From a virus (Duplodnaviria; Caudoviricetes), in IMG/VR virus record IMGVR_UViG_3300032212_000034, positions 1 through 43,623 of that record: a stretch of 43,623 bases of DNA. One strand, given 5' to 3'. A program made the translations under genes and the position numbers. Below the pieces are notes generated by a model. The model was not told where the DNA came from. It made no database searches and saw nothing but the letters and a program-made list of their open reading frames with translations. This document shows, piece after piece, positions 9,254 through 17,471 of the stretch (the first letter of the stretch is position 1; every line of letters starts with the position of its first letter).

Positions 9254-9805
9254 TCAAGAAAGGCGAACGCGGGAAACGACGGAAACTGGTTGACCGTTGA
9301 ACTCGGTGTTTTCGATTGTGGTGGCTGTGATATCTGTGATCACAAGGCTTTCGCCTTCGGTGTAGATCGGCTTGCGAGGACCGACTCGGCCTTTTCTGTT
9401 TGGGTTGTTTGTTGCGGTCCAGAGCAAAAGGCCGCCGCTTGTGAGCTGAATCAAAACCTTCCACTTACGCTTGTTTGAACGGTCGATCGAGACGATTGAA
9501 GCTGGGCCGAAAGATTGACGAACGCCTTCGATACCTGGGACGGTGACGGTTTCTGTCGTGATTGATTCGACTGGTCCTGCTTCTGGGTTGTGGTGATACT
9601 CGACATAGTTGGCGTTGTCTGCTCGGCAAAGTGTTCTGTTCAAACAACGACGTTCAGCGGAGTAGCGACCTTGGCCTCGGAATTCGTCGCGACAATCGAC
9701 GTGACAAACAACTCCGCAATCGACGCATTTGACGCCGTCTGTGCAAGCGTCGAGGCAGTAAGAACAATCGAGGACGTTGTTGCGCGCTTCAAGGTTTAAT
9801 AACAT
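9254..9805 (-). CDS. Cys/His zinc-finger protein with possible OB-like C-terminal domain; first early gene
   Basis: CSYC...CVDC...CHVDC...C....C; AAGGA SD; directly downstream of the promoter. Confidence 0.6.
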   Translation of the reverse strand: MLLNLEARNNVLDCSYCLDACTDGVKCVDCGVVCHVDCRDEFRGQGRYSAERRCLNRTLCRADNANYVEYHHNPEAGPVESITTETVTVPGIEGVRQSFGPASIVSIDRSNKRKWKVLIQLTSGGLLLWTATNNPNRKGRVGPRKPIYTEGESLVITDITATTIENTEFNGQPVSVVSRVRLS

Positions 9806-9864
9806 GGTGAGTTCCTTCGTGGTTGGTTGGTTGGTTTGAATCGTTTCGTTGCTTCGATGACCTC

Positions 9865-9892
9865 AGAATACCCGACCTGTCCAGAGGGTCAA
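9865..9892 (-). promoter_or_regulatory. Early promoter TTGACC-N16-TATTCT
   Basis: Near-consensus sigma70 hexamers in the largest intergenic region. Confidence 0.6.
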
Positions 9893-9924
9893 GAGATACC
9901 GTGGAAGAAAACATTCGCCTGACC

Positions 9925-9939
9925 ATACCGTGACGGTAT
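9925..9939. promoter_or_regulatory. Palindromic operator-like site ATACCGT-G-ACGGTAT
   Basis: Perfect 7-bp dyad, repeated at 10049-10063; half-site at 9896-9903. Confidence 0.65.
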
Positions 9940-10032
9940 AACAGGCCCCTACTCACTGATAGCGGGCTAAAAGTTTTTTTGGAATATTTCTAAAAAACTC
10001 CTGGAGCCGTTCAAGAAAGCCGCCGCCTGAAC

Positions 10033-10070
10033 AAAAAAAAGCCCGAATATACCGTGACGGTATACCGGGC
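10033..10070 (-). terminator. Intrinsic terminator containing the second copy of the dyad
   Basis: Minus strand GCCCG-GTATACCGTCACGGTATATT-CGGGC-TTTTTTTT. Confidence 0.7.
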
Positions 10071-10095
10071 AATTTATCGCTGATAGGCTTGTTTG

Positions 10096-10659
10096 CTAGC
10101 TTTGCGCTTCTCTGACTTTAAAAGCCGCCTTCGCTAGCCAATCTCTCGTAAGGCCGGAAACTGTGGGGAGCCAAGTGGCGGCCCCTTCCAAAAGCTCGAC
10201 CTGAAGCGGGTGCTTCCAACCTTCCCGCCCTTCTATAGAAAAGTAGGCGGCGGCCTCTACGAAGTTATCTGGGACGATCGCAAGCTCTTCATGGATCGCG
10301 ATACGCTCGCATAGGTCGTCCAAGGTCGCGGCGTATCGTCCGTCGTAAACCCTCTGTGCCAAGTTCATATTGCAGAGCATGATATCGAGGTTCTCGAAGG
10401 CTTCTGCAAAAAACTTGGCGATCATTGGAGCGTTCTCGAATCTGGATCTTTCAAGGCTCCAGGTCGTCCCGTCGTCAAAGATCACTTGGACGGTGTCCTG
10501 GTTTCGCCGCAAGTTATGTCTGGCGTCCAGCCGATAATTCTCGACAAAGGCTTTCGCTTTCTTAAAGGTCATGATAATCGCTTGGATCTCGTCGACGTTT
10601 GGCCAGGGATCAAGCTTTTTTGTGGTCTGGACCTGGGGAGCTTCAGTCATTTTATTCAC
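10096..10659 (-). CDS. Hypothetical protein
   Basis: 187-aa protein-like ORF followed by a terminator. Confidence 0.65.
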   Translation of the reverse strand: MNKMTEAPQVQTTKKLDPWPNVDEIQAIIMTFKKAKAFVENYRLDARHNLRRNQDTVQVIFDDGTTWSLERSRFENAPMIAKFFAEAFENLDIMLCNMNLAQRVYDGRYAATLDDLCERIAIHEELAIVPDNFVEAAAYFSIEGREGWKHPLQVELLEGAATWLPTVSGLTRDWLAKAAFKVREAQS

Positions 10660-10723
10660 CTGTCAGGACCGGGCAATTTCCAAACCCCTTTGGTTGCCCG
10701 GTCCTCCCTTTTTTTCGTTGGTT

Positions 10724-10770
10724 AAAAAAACATGCGAACGATCAAAGAGCATAAATCCTGATCGTTCGCA
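10724..10770 (-). terminator. Intrinsic terminator after the 396-aa gene
   Basis: 12-bp inverted repeat TGCGAACGATCA/TGATCGTTCGCA followed by a T7 run on the minus strand. Confidence 0.6.
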
Positions 10771-10782
10771 ATCGAGTAGGGA

Positions 10783-11973
10783 TCACAATTCGTCTAGCAT
10801 TGAACGGAACAGCGGCAAAGATCGAAGTTCTTTTCTGAGCGATCTGATTTCGTTCTCCTTGACCTTGATCTTGTCGCGGATATCGCTCCGCTTTTTATTG
10901 ATCACGCCAAGCTTTGCCTCAAGCCGCTCAACCTCTTCGTCGGCCAAAACAATATCCTCGACAATAGACTTTCGCGAACGTTGTGGTTCGTCTTCCTCGT
11001 CGTCCTCGTCGTCTTGGATTCTCGACCTCGATCTTTCCTGGTAGTCGGCCAGGTCGGCCTCTTCCTCGCTGAGATCTGTTTCCTCGAAATTGTCGTCGTC
11101 GTCGTCCAAGCTTTCGGTGTCGAGGGGGGCCGCCGCCGTTTCTTTCTTTGGCTCTTCAATGTCCTCCCATGGCGGCGGCCCCATCCATTGAACCAAGCGG
11201 GCCCTGATTTCGTCGTCGGTGTCGATCTTTCTTGTGTCGATCTCACAATCGAGAACAAGCTTTTCGACCTCTCCAGGCTTCAAAACCGTAGGGTCTTTGG
11301 CGAGCATGTCAGCGACCTGTTGGCGCAGCTCCTTCGCCTTCCCGCTAGTGATCAACCACTCCGCGAGGGCTTTGTGCAAAACTCGGTTCTGTGCATTGCA
11401 AAACGAGCTGATCAGATTCTCGCCGCCTGGGACCACGTCTCTGTAAATCGTGATTGCTTGTTGGTGGTCGACCGCTTCCCACTCTTCCGGCTTTATTCCA
11501 ACGACTCCAAGGGCGTCGTAAAACCAATTGACAGGATCGGCGGCGGCCTCTTGAGCCTGGGTCGTTCCGTATTTCTCCCAATCCTTCAAGACGGTCTTCA
11601 GGAACCTCTTGTTTTCGGCCCAGTTTTCAGAGGGTTCGCAACCGAGACGGCGAATGATTCCGATAGCTTTCAGCTTGCGGTCTTTGTCAGCTCGGCCTTT
11701 CAATTCCAAGAAAACTTTGACCTCGTTTTTCTCGGGCAAAAGAGTGATCTTTTCGGCGTTGTTTGGATCGTCTGGCGAGCTGATCCAGGCGTTCAGTTTT
11801 ACAAGTCTTTCCTTGAAGCTGTCCGACTCTTTGAAGCCGATCTTAAGCTCGTTCAAAAAGAACTCCCCCCGCGATTTGATAGATCGCGAGGGCTTTTCGG
11901 TGTCTTGGTTCAAGAAGCAGAATTCAGCGATTTGCTCCCACAAGCCGCACAAGGCGGCATTTCTTTCAGTCAT
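10783..11973 (-). CDS. Hypothetical protein with acidic tract and C-terminal coiled coil
   Basis: 396 aa; D/E-rich linker; follows the AAA ATPase. Confidence 0.75.
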   Translation of the reverse strand: MTERNAALCGLWEQIAEFCFLNQDTEKPSRSIKSRGEFFLNELKIGFKESDSFKERLVKLNAWISSPDDPNNAEKITLLPEKNEVKVFLELKGRADKDRKLKAIGIIRRLGCEPSENWAENKRFLKTVLKDWEKYGTTQAQEAAADPVNWFYDALGVVGIKPEEWEAVDHQQAITIYRDVVPGGENLISSFCNAQNRVLHKALAEWLITSGKAKELRQQVADMLAKDPTVLKPGEVEKLVLDCEIDTRKIDTDDEIRARLVQWMGPPPWEDIEEPKKETAAAPLDTESLDDDDDNFEETDLSEEEADLADYQERSRSRIQDDEDDEEDEPQRSRKSIVEDIVLADEEVERLEAKLGVINKKRSDIRDKIKVKENEIRSLRKELRSLPLFRSMLDEL

Positions 11974-11993
11974 TGGATTATCTTTCTAGGTGG

Positions 11994-13664
11994 TCAGTTG
12001 GAAAAAGTTTTAGCAAAGGAAATAACTAGTTCAGGCGAAGCTTTGTCCAGCATTGCAACAAGAGTCCTGGCTCTTGGAACAACTGCCTTTCTCGACTTCA
12101 GATAAATCCTGAAAACATTCTTTCGGTCGTCTGGTTGTTGCGGACCCAAAGCGTCAGCAATCTTAATGTAAGCCTTGCCGATTTCGCTAGCCTTCAAGTC
12201 TTCAGCTGTTTCGATTTTGGCGGCGAGCTGCAATCCCTTTTTGATCAGCTTCAATGCTTCAAGCGGTTGGTCATTCAATGGCAAGTTTTGGACGTGACCG
12301 AAAGAGCAAACGCGGTCCCATTTATGGTCAACCTTTTCGAGCGTCTCCTGAAGCTCGTCGTAAGGGCAGGAATCGACGTTTACTTTCGTTTTGGGTTCTT
12401 TGTCCTCACCCTTCTCCCAACGCCTTAAGCGATTCCTGGCGGCGGCTCCGGAGGTTTCGGAGTGTCCTGGCTGTCTTGGCGAAGCTTTTTGTTTGGAAGG
12501 CTCCGCCGCCTCGGGCTTTTTTGGCGTTTGTTCCGGCCTCGGTTTTGGCCGTTTGTGAGCTTGGCTTTTTGGCTTGTTCGCCTTGTAAAGCTCGATCAAT
12601 TTATTGACGGAAAGGCTTTCGATCTCGCGGCCATTGTCGTCCTTGATACCAAGCTCGCGGAGCTTCTGGACCTGGCGGTCAAAAAGAACCGATTGAACGA
12701 TAAGCATTAAGGCTCGATCGTGACCCGTTACTGGGTTCCCACTTTCTCGCCTTTTTGCAGCGGCGGCCCAGGCTCGATAATGCCAATCAGAAACCTCGAA
12801 CGGCGATCTGCCGACATGCTTTTCCAAGACTGCTATATCGTCTGGAGTGAGCTTGTAGTGGCTTTCAATTCTTGCGCCTGTTGTGTCGTCGACGCTCTCG
12901 ACTTTTGGGGCCGATCTCGGGGCCGCCTTCGTCTCGAATAATAACTTTCCGAGTTCCTCCGCCTTCATTCGATCTGGGTATCCTCGGCGGCTCCCAACGT
13001 CCGAGGAAGGGTCGGAAAAGATCAATTGTCTTTCGTTGTCTCGGCCGAGCTTTTCGACGCGGCAAACGTCGCTGAAATATCTTGGAACCTGCCAAGAATT
13101 TTGGCCGCTCAAGTCCAGGGCGTATCTGGTTCTAGTGTCGTCACCGTTTCGGATTTCACGGGGCGCTAGTCCGCAAGTGGCAACGACGTGTATTCCTCGC
13201 ATGGTCAGCGGATACAAGACGTCCATAACCAGCTCGCGGACAAAGTTCAATTTCTTGCCGTGAGCTGGCTTATCCATTTTGCCGACTCCCGTTTCTCTGT
13301 CACGCCTTGCAGAGCTGCGAAACAAGACGGACTCGAACCAACGTGAAGCTCCGTCGAGGGAGTCAAAGATCACGGCTTTTTGCGAATCGTCAACGCTCGA
13401 GAGGATCTTGAAAAGTGTTTGTATTGGGTTCTTTTCGCCCATTAACTCTTGACAATCGAAGCCATAAATCTCGCCGCCAGCGACCTTCTCGGCAGTGACC
13501 CAGCCGTCAGTTTCAAAGCAAGAAACAAAGAAGATATCTTTGCGGTCGAAGTGTTTATAAAGACTGGCGGCGGCGTGAGTTTTGCCGACCTTTGCTGCCC
13601 CGGTAATCATTAACCACTGTCCAACAGACGAGCGACTGAATCCATGGCGGAACTTGCGAAACAT
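11994..13664 (-). CDS. AAA_24 / Sak4-like P-loop ATPase (recombination/replication) with long C-terminal extension
   Basis: Walker A ITGAAKVGKT, Walker B VIFDSLD; GGAGG SD at 13671-13675 before ATG 13664. Confidence 0.8.
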   Translation of the reverse strand: MFRKFRHGFSRSSVGQWLMITGAAKVGKTHAAASLYKHFDRKDIFFVSCFETDGWVTAEKVAGGEIYGFDCQELMGEKNPIQTLFKILSSVDDSQKAVIFDSLDGASRWFESVLFRSSARRDRETGVGKMDKPAHGKKLNFVRELVMDVLYPLTMRGIHVVATCGLAPREIRNGDDTRTRYALDLSGQNSWQVPRYFSDVCRVEKLGRDNERQLIFSDPSSDVGSRRGYPDRMKAEELGKLLFETKAAPRSAPKVESVDDTTGARIESHYKLTPDDIAVLEKHVGRSPFEVSDWHYRAWAAAAKRRESGNPVTGHDRALMLIVQSVLFDRQVQKLRELGIKDDNGREIESLSVNKLIELYKANKPKSQAHKRPKPRPEQTPKKPEAAEPSKQKASPRQPGHSETSGAAARNRLRRWEKGEDKEPKTKVNVDSCPYDELQETLEKVDHKWDRVCSFGHVQNLPLNDQPLEALKLIKKGLQLAAKIETAEDLKASEIGKAYIKIADALGPQQPDDRKNVFRIYLKSRKAVVPRARTLVAMLDKASPELVISFAKTFSN

Positions 13665-13687
13665 GAGAAACCTCCAAAAAAGGTAAA

Positions 13688-13749
13688 TGCAAAAAAGTTT
13701 TATACCGATCAAAGTTTTATGATACTCTCGCGATTGTTGCAAAAGTTAT
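13688..13749. promoter_or_regulatory. Divergent control region with direct repeats AAAGTTTTAT
   Basis: AAAGTTTTAT at 13694 and 13711; related TGCAAAAGTTAT at 13738; AT-rich; between divergent genes. Confidence 0.45.
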
Positions 13750-13775
13750 CTTCCAAAAAAAAGAAAGGCTTAGAT

Positions 13776-14036
13776 ATGGCTAAAAAGCTGGGACAGACAA
13801 AGAAGCGTCAATACACTCGTCGGGAAGGATCAAAGCCGCCTGGTCGTCCAAAAAAAGAGCAGCGTGAACTTGTAAAAGTGAGGTTTACACTCTCGGTCCC
13901 GACTGCCCTGGCAAACAAGATCGAGGTTCTTGCTGGTCAGAACGGCTTTGACAACCGATCAGTTTTCGGCGTTTATTTACTTGAGCAGGGACTGAAACGC
14001 TTTGAATACAACCAGAAAAGAAAGGCCGCGAAATGA
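13776..14036 (+). CDS. AT-hook plus ribbon-helix-helix DNA-binding regulator
   Basis: PPGRPKK followed by VRFTLSVPTALANKIEVLAGQNGFDNRSVF; GAAAGG SD. Confidence 0.7.
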   Translation: MAKKLGQTKKRQYTRREGSKPPGRPKKEQRELVKVRFTLSVPTALANKIEVLAGQNGFDNRSVFGVYLLEQGLKRFEYNQKRKAAK

Positions 14037-14362
14037 CCTTTGTAGACCGCCGCAACAATCCAATATCTGAGCCTACTTTTCAGACACTGAGGAAAGACGC
14101 TAGTTACTTGGAGGTTGGATACAGGCCGACAGAATTCTTTGATATTTCAGCGTCCTGGATCGGCATTGCTCCAATGCCTTTCCAGATCTGTATCACTCAC
14201 CGAGAAACAAGGCAGCGGCGGTTTATGAGGTTCGCTACCGAGTTCGATACTTTCCTGGGCTTTGTTTCTGCGATCGGAGAATTGACCGACGAAAGCGGCT
14301 ACGGCCAGAACCTTCACAATCTTTTGAAGCTCGGCCCAGTGGATAAATTCGGACGTTGGTGA
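14033..14362 (+). CDS. Hypothetical protein
   Basis: ATGA overlap with upstream gene. Confidence 0.6.
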   Translation: MTFVDRRNNPISEPTFQTLRKDASYLEVGYRPTEFFDISASWIGIAPMPFQICITHRETRQRRFMRFATEFDTFLGFVSAIGELTDESGYGQNLHNLLKLGPVDKFGRW

Positions 14363-14453
14363 TCAGCTGTTGAGCGCAGTGGACAAGCCGCCTTGAAAGG
14401 TTTCTCGAAAAGAGTTGTTTCGGGCGTTTGTTGTTCAACAGCTGTTTGGGTAT

Positions 14454-14490
14454 AAAAAAAAAGCGCCGAGGTGGGCTCGGGCGCTTCTTT
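14454..14490. terminator. Possible bidirectional terminator hairpin
   Basis: A9 run, GCGCCGAG/CTCGGGCGC stem, then TTCTTT. Confidence 0.5.
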
Positions 14491-14529
14491 CCATTTCGTG
14501 ACGTGCAATCACTAGGACGGTCAGCTTAA

Positions 14530-16050
14530 ATGATTCCGCCAAAATCTCAAGTCGTAATACCTGACAAAGCCTGGGTCCGCTTTTGGTCGAAGGTCAAAAA
14601 GACCTCCCGTTGTTGGACCTGGCAAGCTGGCTCGACAAGAGCTGGGTATGGCCGATTCAAGGCAAACAAAAAAGAACAACTCGCCCATAGAGCTTCTTGG
14701 AAGTATCACCATGGTCCAATCGAGGACGGTAAATGCGTTTTGCACCGTTGCGATAATCCGCCTTGCGTGAACCCAGAACACCTCTTTCTTGGGACCAGGG
14801 CGGAGAACAACCGCGACAAGGTCGAAAAGGGGAGGCAAGCCGTGAACACCAACGACAAGACCAAAGCCGCCGAGTTGAAGTTCCGCCGCTACATGACGAT
14901 CAACGAGCGCGTTTCAATGTCCGACCGGCAGCTCTCCAAGCTTCTAGGGTTGACCAAGTCGACCGCTCGCGACTTAGTCCTCCGCCTTGCAAAAAAAGGC
15001 TTCATAAAATGCCAAAGGGGAACAACCGGAAACCCCAGCGTTTACTGGGTCAACAGGGAAACGGGGGGAACAACGAACCAGAAAAGGGGAACGAGTCCCA
15101 AACAACAAGCAAACCCGCAAAAAGACTCTGTTCCAGGAAATCCAGGGGAACAACGTCCGACCCTTCTCCAACTCTTGCGAAAGATTGGGGATAAGGGGGG
15201 GGGTAGGGGGGGGGATTCTCCCTCGCTTCGCTCGGCAAAATCCCACAAAATAAAGCGGCGGCCTCTCTCCCAGGAAGAGTCTAGAAACCAGGTCAGGATT
15301 CACATAGAGAACGCTCGCCGCCGCCTTGAAAAGACAATTTCAACCAAGGCTTTGAAGGTCGAAGAGGTCAGAAGAATTCACCGAAAACACCAACCTCAAA
15401 AGCAAAAGCTTTCCTGGAGATACCAGGGTCAAATGCCTGAGGGCTGGCAGCCAAGAGAGGATCAAATTGCTTGGTTGGTCAAGAAACGAGTGGCGGAGAA
15501 AAACGAAAACTGTCGGAACGGTGGCGGCGAGTTTAGAAATCCTGACGGCTTCATAAGAACACTTTCCGCCGCCTTTTCTTCAAACGAACAATACAAGGTC
15601 TGGAACGCCCTCGGCATTGCTGAACGAAACCGTCAAGAAAAGAAAGGCGAACCAACGCAAAACTCAATGGAGCCGCTCAGGGATTATGGAGACGGCCAGC
15701 TGCAAACTTTCCATTCAGCTCTTGACCAGGCTTGCTCGGTTTTCAAAGACGATCGAGAATGGTTCAAGAACCGTCACCCAGAGCTTTATCAAGCCGCCGC
15801 CTTTGAAGGGCTTCGAGGGAAAGCCTTAGAGCTTACTTTGGAAAAGTGGCACCGATTGCTTGAAAGCAAACCCGAAATGAAAACCAGTGCCCTCTTTGGC
15901 GACGAGGTAAGGGCGTCAATGGTGAAGCTTTCGCGACAACGTCCGACGCCTTCCAAGAAGGTCGAAGAAAAGCGTGGTGGCTTCGAGGATATTTCTGTAA
16001 TTATGAATCGGATAGGAGGCGACAATAATGTCAGTGAGAAAGCCAGTTAG
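14530..16050 (+). CDS. HNH endonuclease domain fused to winged-helix replication initiator-like protein
   Basis: RFWSKV...CWTW...GYG...AHRASW...VLHRCDNPPCVNPEHLFLGTRAEN; then SDRQLSKLLGLTKSTARDLVLRLAKKGFI wHTH; internal repeats typical of initiator genes. Confidence 0.75.
   Translation: MIPPKSQVVIPDKAWVRFWSKVKKTSRCWTWQAGSTRAGYGRFKANKKEQLAHRASWKYHHGPIEDGKCVLHRCDNPPCVNPEHLFLGTRAENNRDKVEKGRQAVNTNDKTKAAELKFRRYMTINERVSMSDRQLSKLLGLTKSTARDLVLRLAKKGFIKCQRGTTGNPSVYWVNRETGGTTNQKRGTSPKQQANPQKDSVPGNPGEQRPTLLQLLRKIGDKGGGRGGDSPSLRSAKSHKIKRRPLSQEESRNQVRIHIENARRRLEKTISTKALKVEEVRRIHRKHQPQKQKLSWRYQGQMPEGWQPREDQIAWLVKKRVAEKNENCRNGGGEFRNPDGFIRTLSAAFSSNEQYKVWNALGIAERNRQEKKGEPTQNSMEPLRDYGDGQLQTFHSALDQACSVFKDDREWFKNRHPELYQAAAFEGLRGKALELTLEKWHRLLESKPEMKTSALFGDEVRASMVKLSRQRPTPSKKVEEKRGGFEDISVIMNRIGGDNNVSEKAS
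15017..15214. repeat. Putative replication origin: GGGGAACAAC iterons plus G-tracts
   Basis: GGGGAACAAC at 15017, 15065 and 15145; GGGGAACGAG at 15086; G4-ATAA-G9-TA-G9 at 15187-15214. Confidence 0.6.
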
Positions 16051-16204
16051 AGAAGGTTTCTCTAAGTGTAATGAATGCAATGGTAGCGGGATACACGACC
16101 AGATTGAAATGGCTGAAAGTTATCCTCAAATTCCTGAACCTTGCCGCCGTTGCAAGGGCAACGGAAAGATCAAAGTGGTAGCAGTCCGCGAGCGCTTTGG
16201 TTAA
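16028..16204 (+). CDS. 58-aa DnaJ-type zinc-finger microprotein (not in ORF track)
   Basis: MSVRKPVREGFSKCNECNGSGIHDQIEMAESYPQIPEPCRRCKGNGKIKVVAVRERFG; AGGAGG SD. Confidence 0.75.
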   Translation: MSVRKPVREGFSKCNECNGSGIHDQIEMAESYPQIPEPCRRCKGNGKIKVVAVRERFG

Positions 16205-16258
16205 GATTGGACCAACCTTTTTAGGTGAGTCGGGAAAGAGGGCAGGTTTGGCGAAAGC

Positions 16259-16714
16259 CTACTGTCCTTTTTTCTTTTCGACGACGATCGGCGGCGGCGG
16301 CAGAGTTTCGGGCTTGTCGTTGTTGATCATTTCCTGAAGCAGCTCCGCGAGCTTGGTTAGATTCCAAACGTATAGAGTTCCCAGCTTTACTGTTTTTGGC
16401 TGTGCGTTTACTCCCACGAACGGGGTGGAATTGCAGTCCTCGCAAGCCACGAGCAAGACGGTCTCCTTGCCCTCTTTGAATTCTTTGGTCGCTTCCCTTA
16501 CGATCTTTCGCAACGCTGGACCTTTGACGTGAAGCGTCTCCCTGAGGAACTTTGCCAAAGCCATGACCAAAAAGCCGTCAACGCTGAAAGTTCTGATCTT
16601 GCTAGGTCTGTTCAAGATAACTCTGGAAGGAATGATCGACCTGGAAACCCAGGAATGAACAACGCTCCTTGATAGGCCTGTGAGTCCCGAAATTTCGCTC
16701 ATTGACAGAATCAT
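16259..16714 (-). CDS. MerR-like HTH transcription regulator
   Basis: LSMSEISGLTGLSRSVVHSWVSRSIIPS...RTFS; AGGAGG SD. Confidence 0.7.
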   Translation of the reverse strand: MILSMSEISGLTGLSRSVVHSWVSRSIIPSRVILNRPSKIRTFSVDGFLVMALAKFLRETLHVKGPALRKIVREATKEFKEGKETVLLVACEDCNSTPFVGVNAQPKTVKLGTLYVWNLTKLAELLQEMINNDKPETLPPPPIVVEKKKGQ

Positions 16715-16776
16715 GGTTTATCCTCCTCTTGATCGGTGTCCAAGTATAGAATAAAGCTTTCCAAAGAGAGGGAACC

Positions 16777-17460
16777 ATGGCAAGAAAGAATCGACTCACC
16801 ATTAAATCGGCAAGCTACAAGGCTTTCCACTTGAATCCAAACAACGCCCGCGAGCATGACGAACGACAAAAGACGGTCCTCCGCGACTCTCTCCTGACTT
16901 TCCAACAACAAACGCCGATCGTTGTTGACTCAAACATGACGGTCAGGAAGGGAAACGGGACGTTCGAGACGATCTGTGAAATTCACGCAGACGAAAACAT
17001 TCCGGCCAGCGTGAAAAAGAAACTCGAAAAGGTTTACTACATTGAGACGGACCTGGCCGGTCCAGAGCTTGTCGGCTGGGAGATTGTCGACAACCGATCA
17101 AGCGACCTCTCTCGGTTCAATACTGAATCTCTGAAAGGCTTATTCAAGGGTCTTAAAGAAACCTCGTTTAACACCGATCATACCGGCTTCGATAACACAG
17201 CAGTCGGAGCCATGTTTCAAACCGAGGACGACGCGAGTTTCTTCGCTGGCCTAGCCAATGAAGCGAACGCCGAAACCAATCAAGAGAGCGGCCCAGCCAC
17301 TCCTCCAACTGGATCACACCAAAGCCTGATTATCACGGGCCCAGCACCTCAAATCGACTTTTGCAGAAAGGTTATTAACAAGGTCAAAAAGGATAAGAAG
17401 CTCGCCACTCAAGCGGCGGCTTTGCATGTAATTCTCGAAGCATTCAGCAAGAAGAAATAA
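16777..17460 (+). CDS. ParB/Srx N-terminal-like domain protein
   Basis: LNPNNAREH...LRDSLLTF.QQTPIVVD....RKGNGT...IVDNR pattern of phage modification-associated ParB-like proteins. Confidence 0.75.
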   Translation: MARKNRLTIKSASYKAFHLNPNNAREHDERQKTVLRDSLLTFQQQTPIVVDSNMTVRKGNGTFETICEIHADENIPASVKKKLEKVYYIETDLAGPELVGWEIVDNRSSDLSRFNTESLKGLFKGLKETSFNTDHTGFDNTAVGAMFQTEDDASFFAGLANEANAETNQESGPATPPTGSHQSLIITGPAPQIDFCRKVINKVKKDKKLATQAAALHVILEAFSKKK

Positions 17461-17471
17461 GGAACCGAACC

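Noticed and set aside
9821-9836. (GGTT)n microsatellite
   Set aside because: Only about four units in a 5' leader; most simply an unstructured A/C-rich translation leader on the minus strand.
9806-10095. CRISPR mini-array or attP site in the large intergenic region
   Set aside because: Only two full 15-bp dyads with no regular repeat-spacer period; no cas or integrase gene recognised.
10981-12105. 374-aa plus-strand ORF
   Set aside because: Antisense shadow of the 396-aa minus-strand gene; no SD or recognisable motif, and its composition mirrors the opposite strand's codons.
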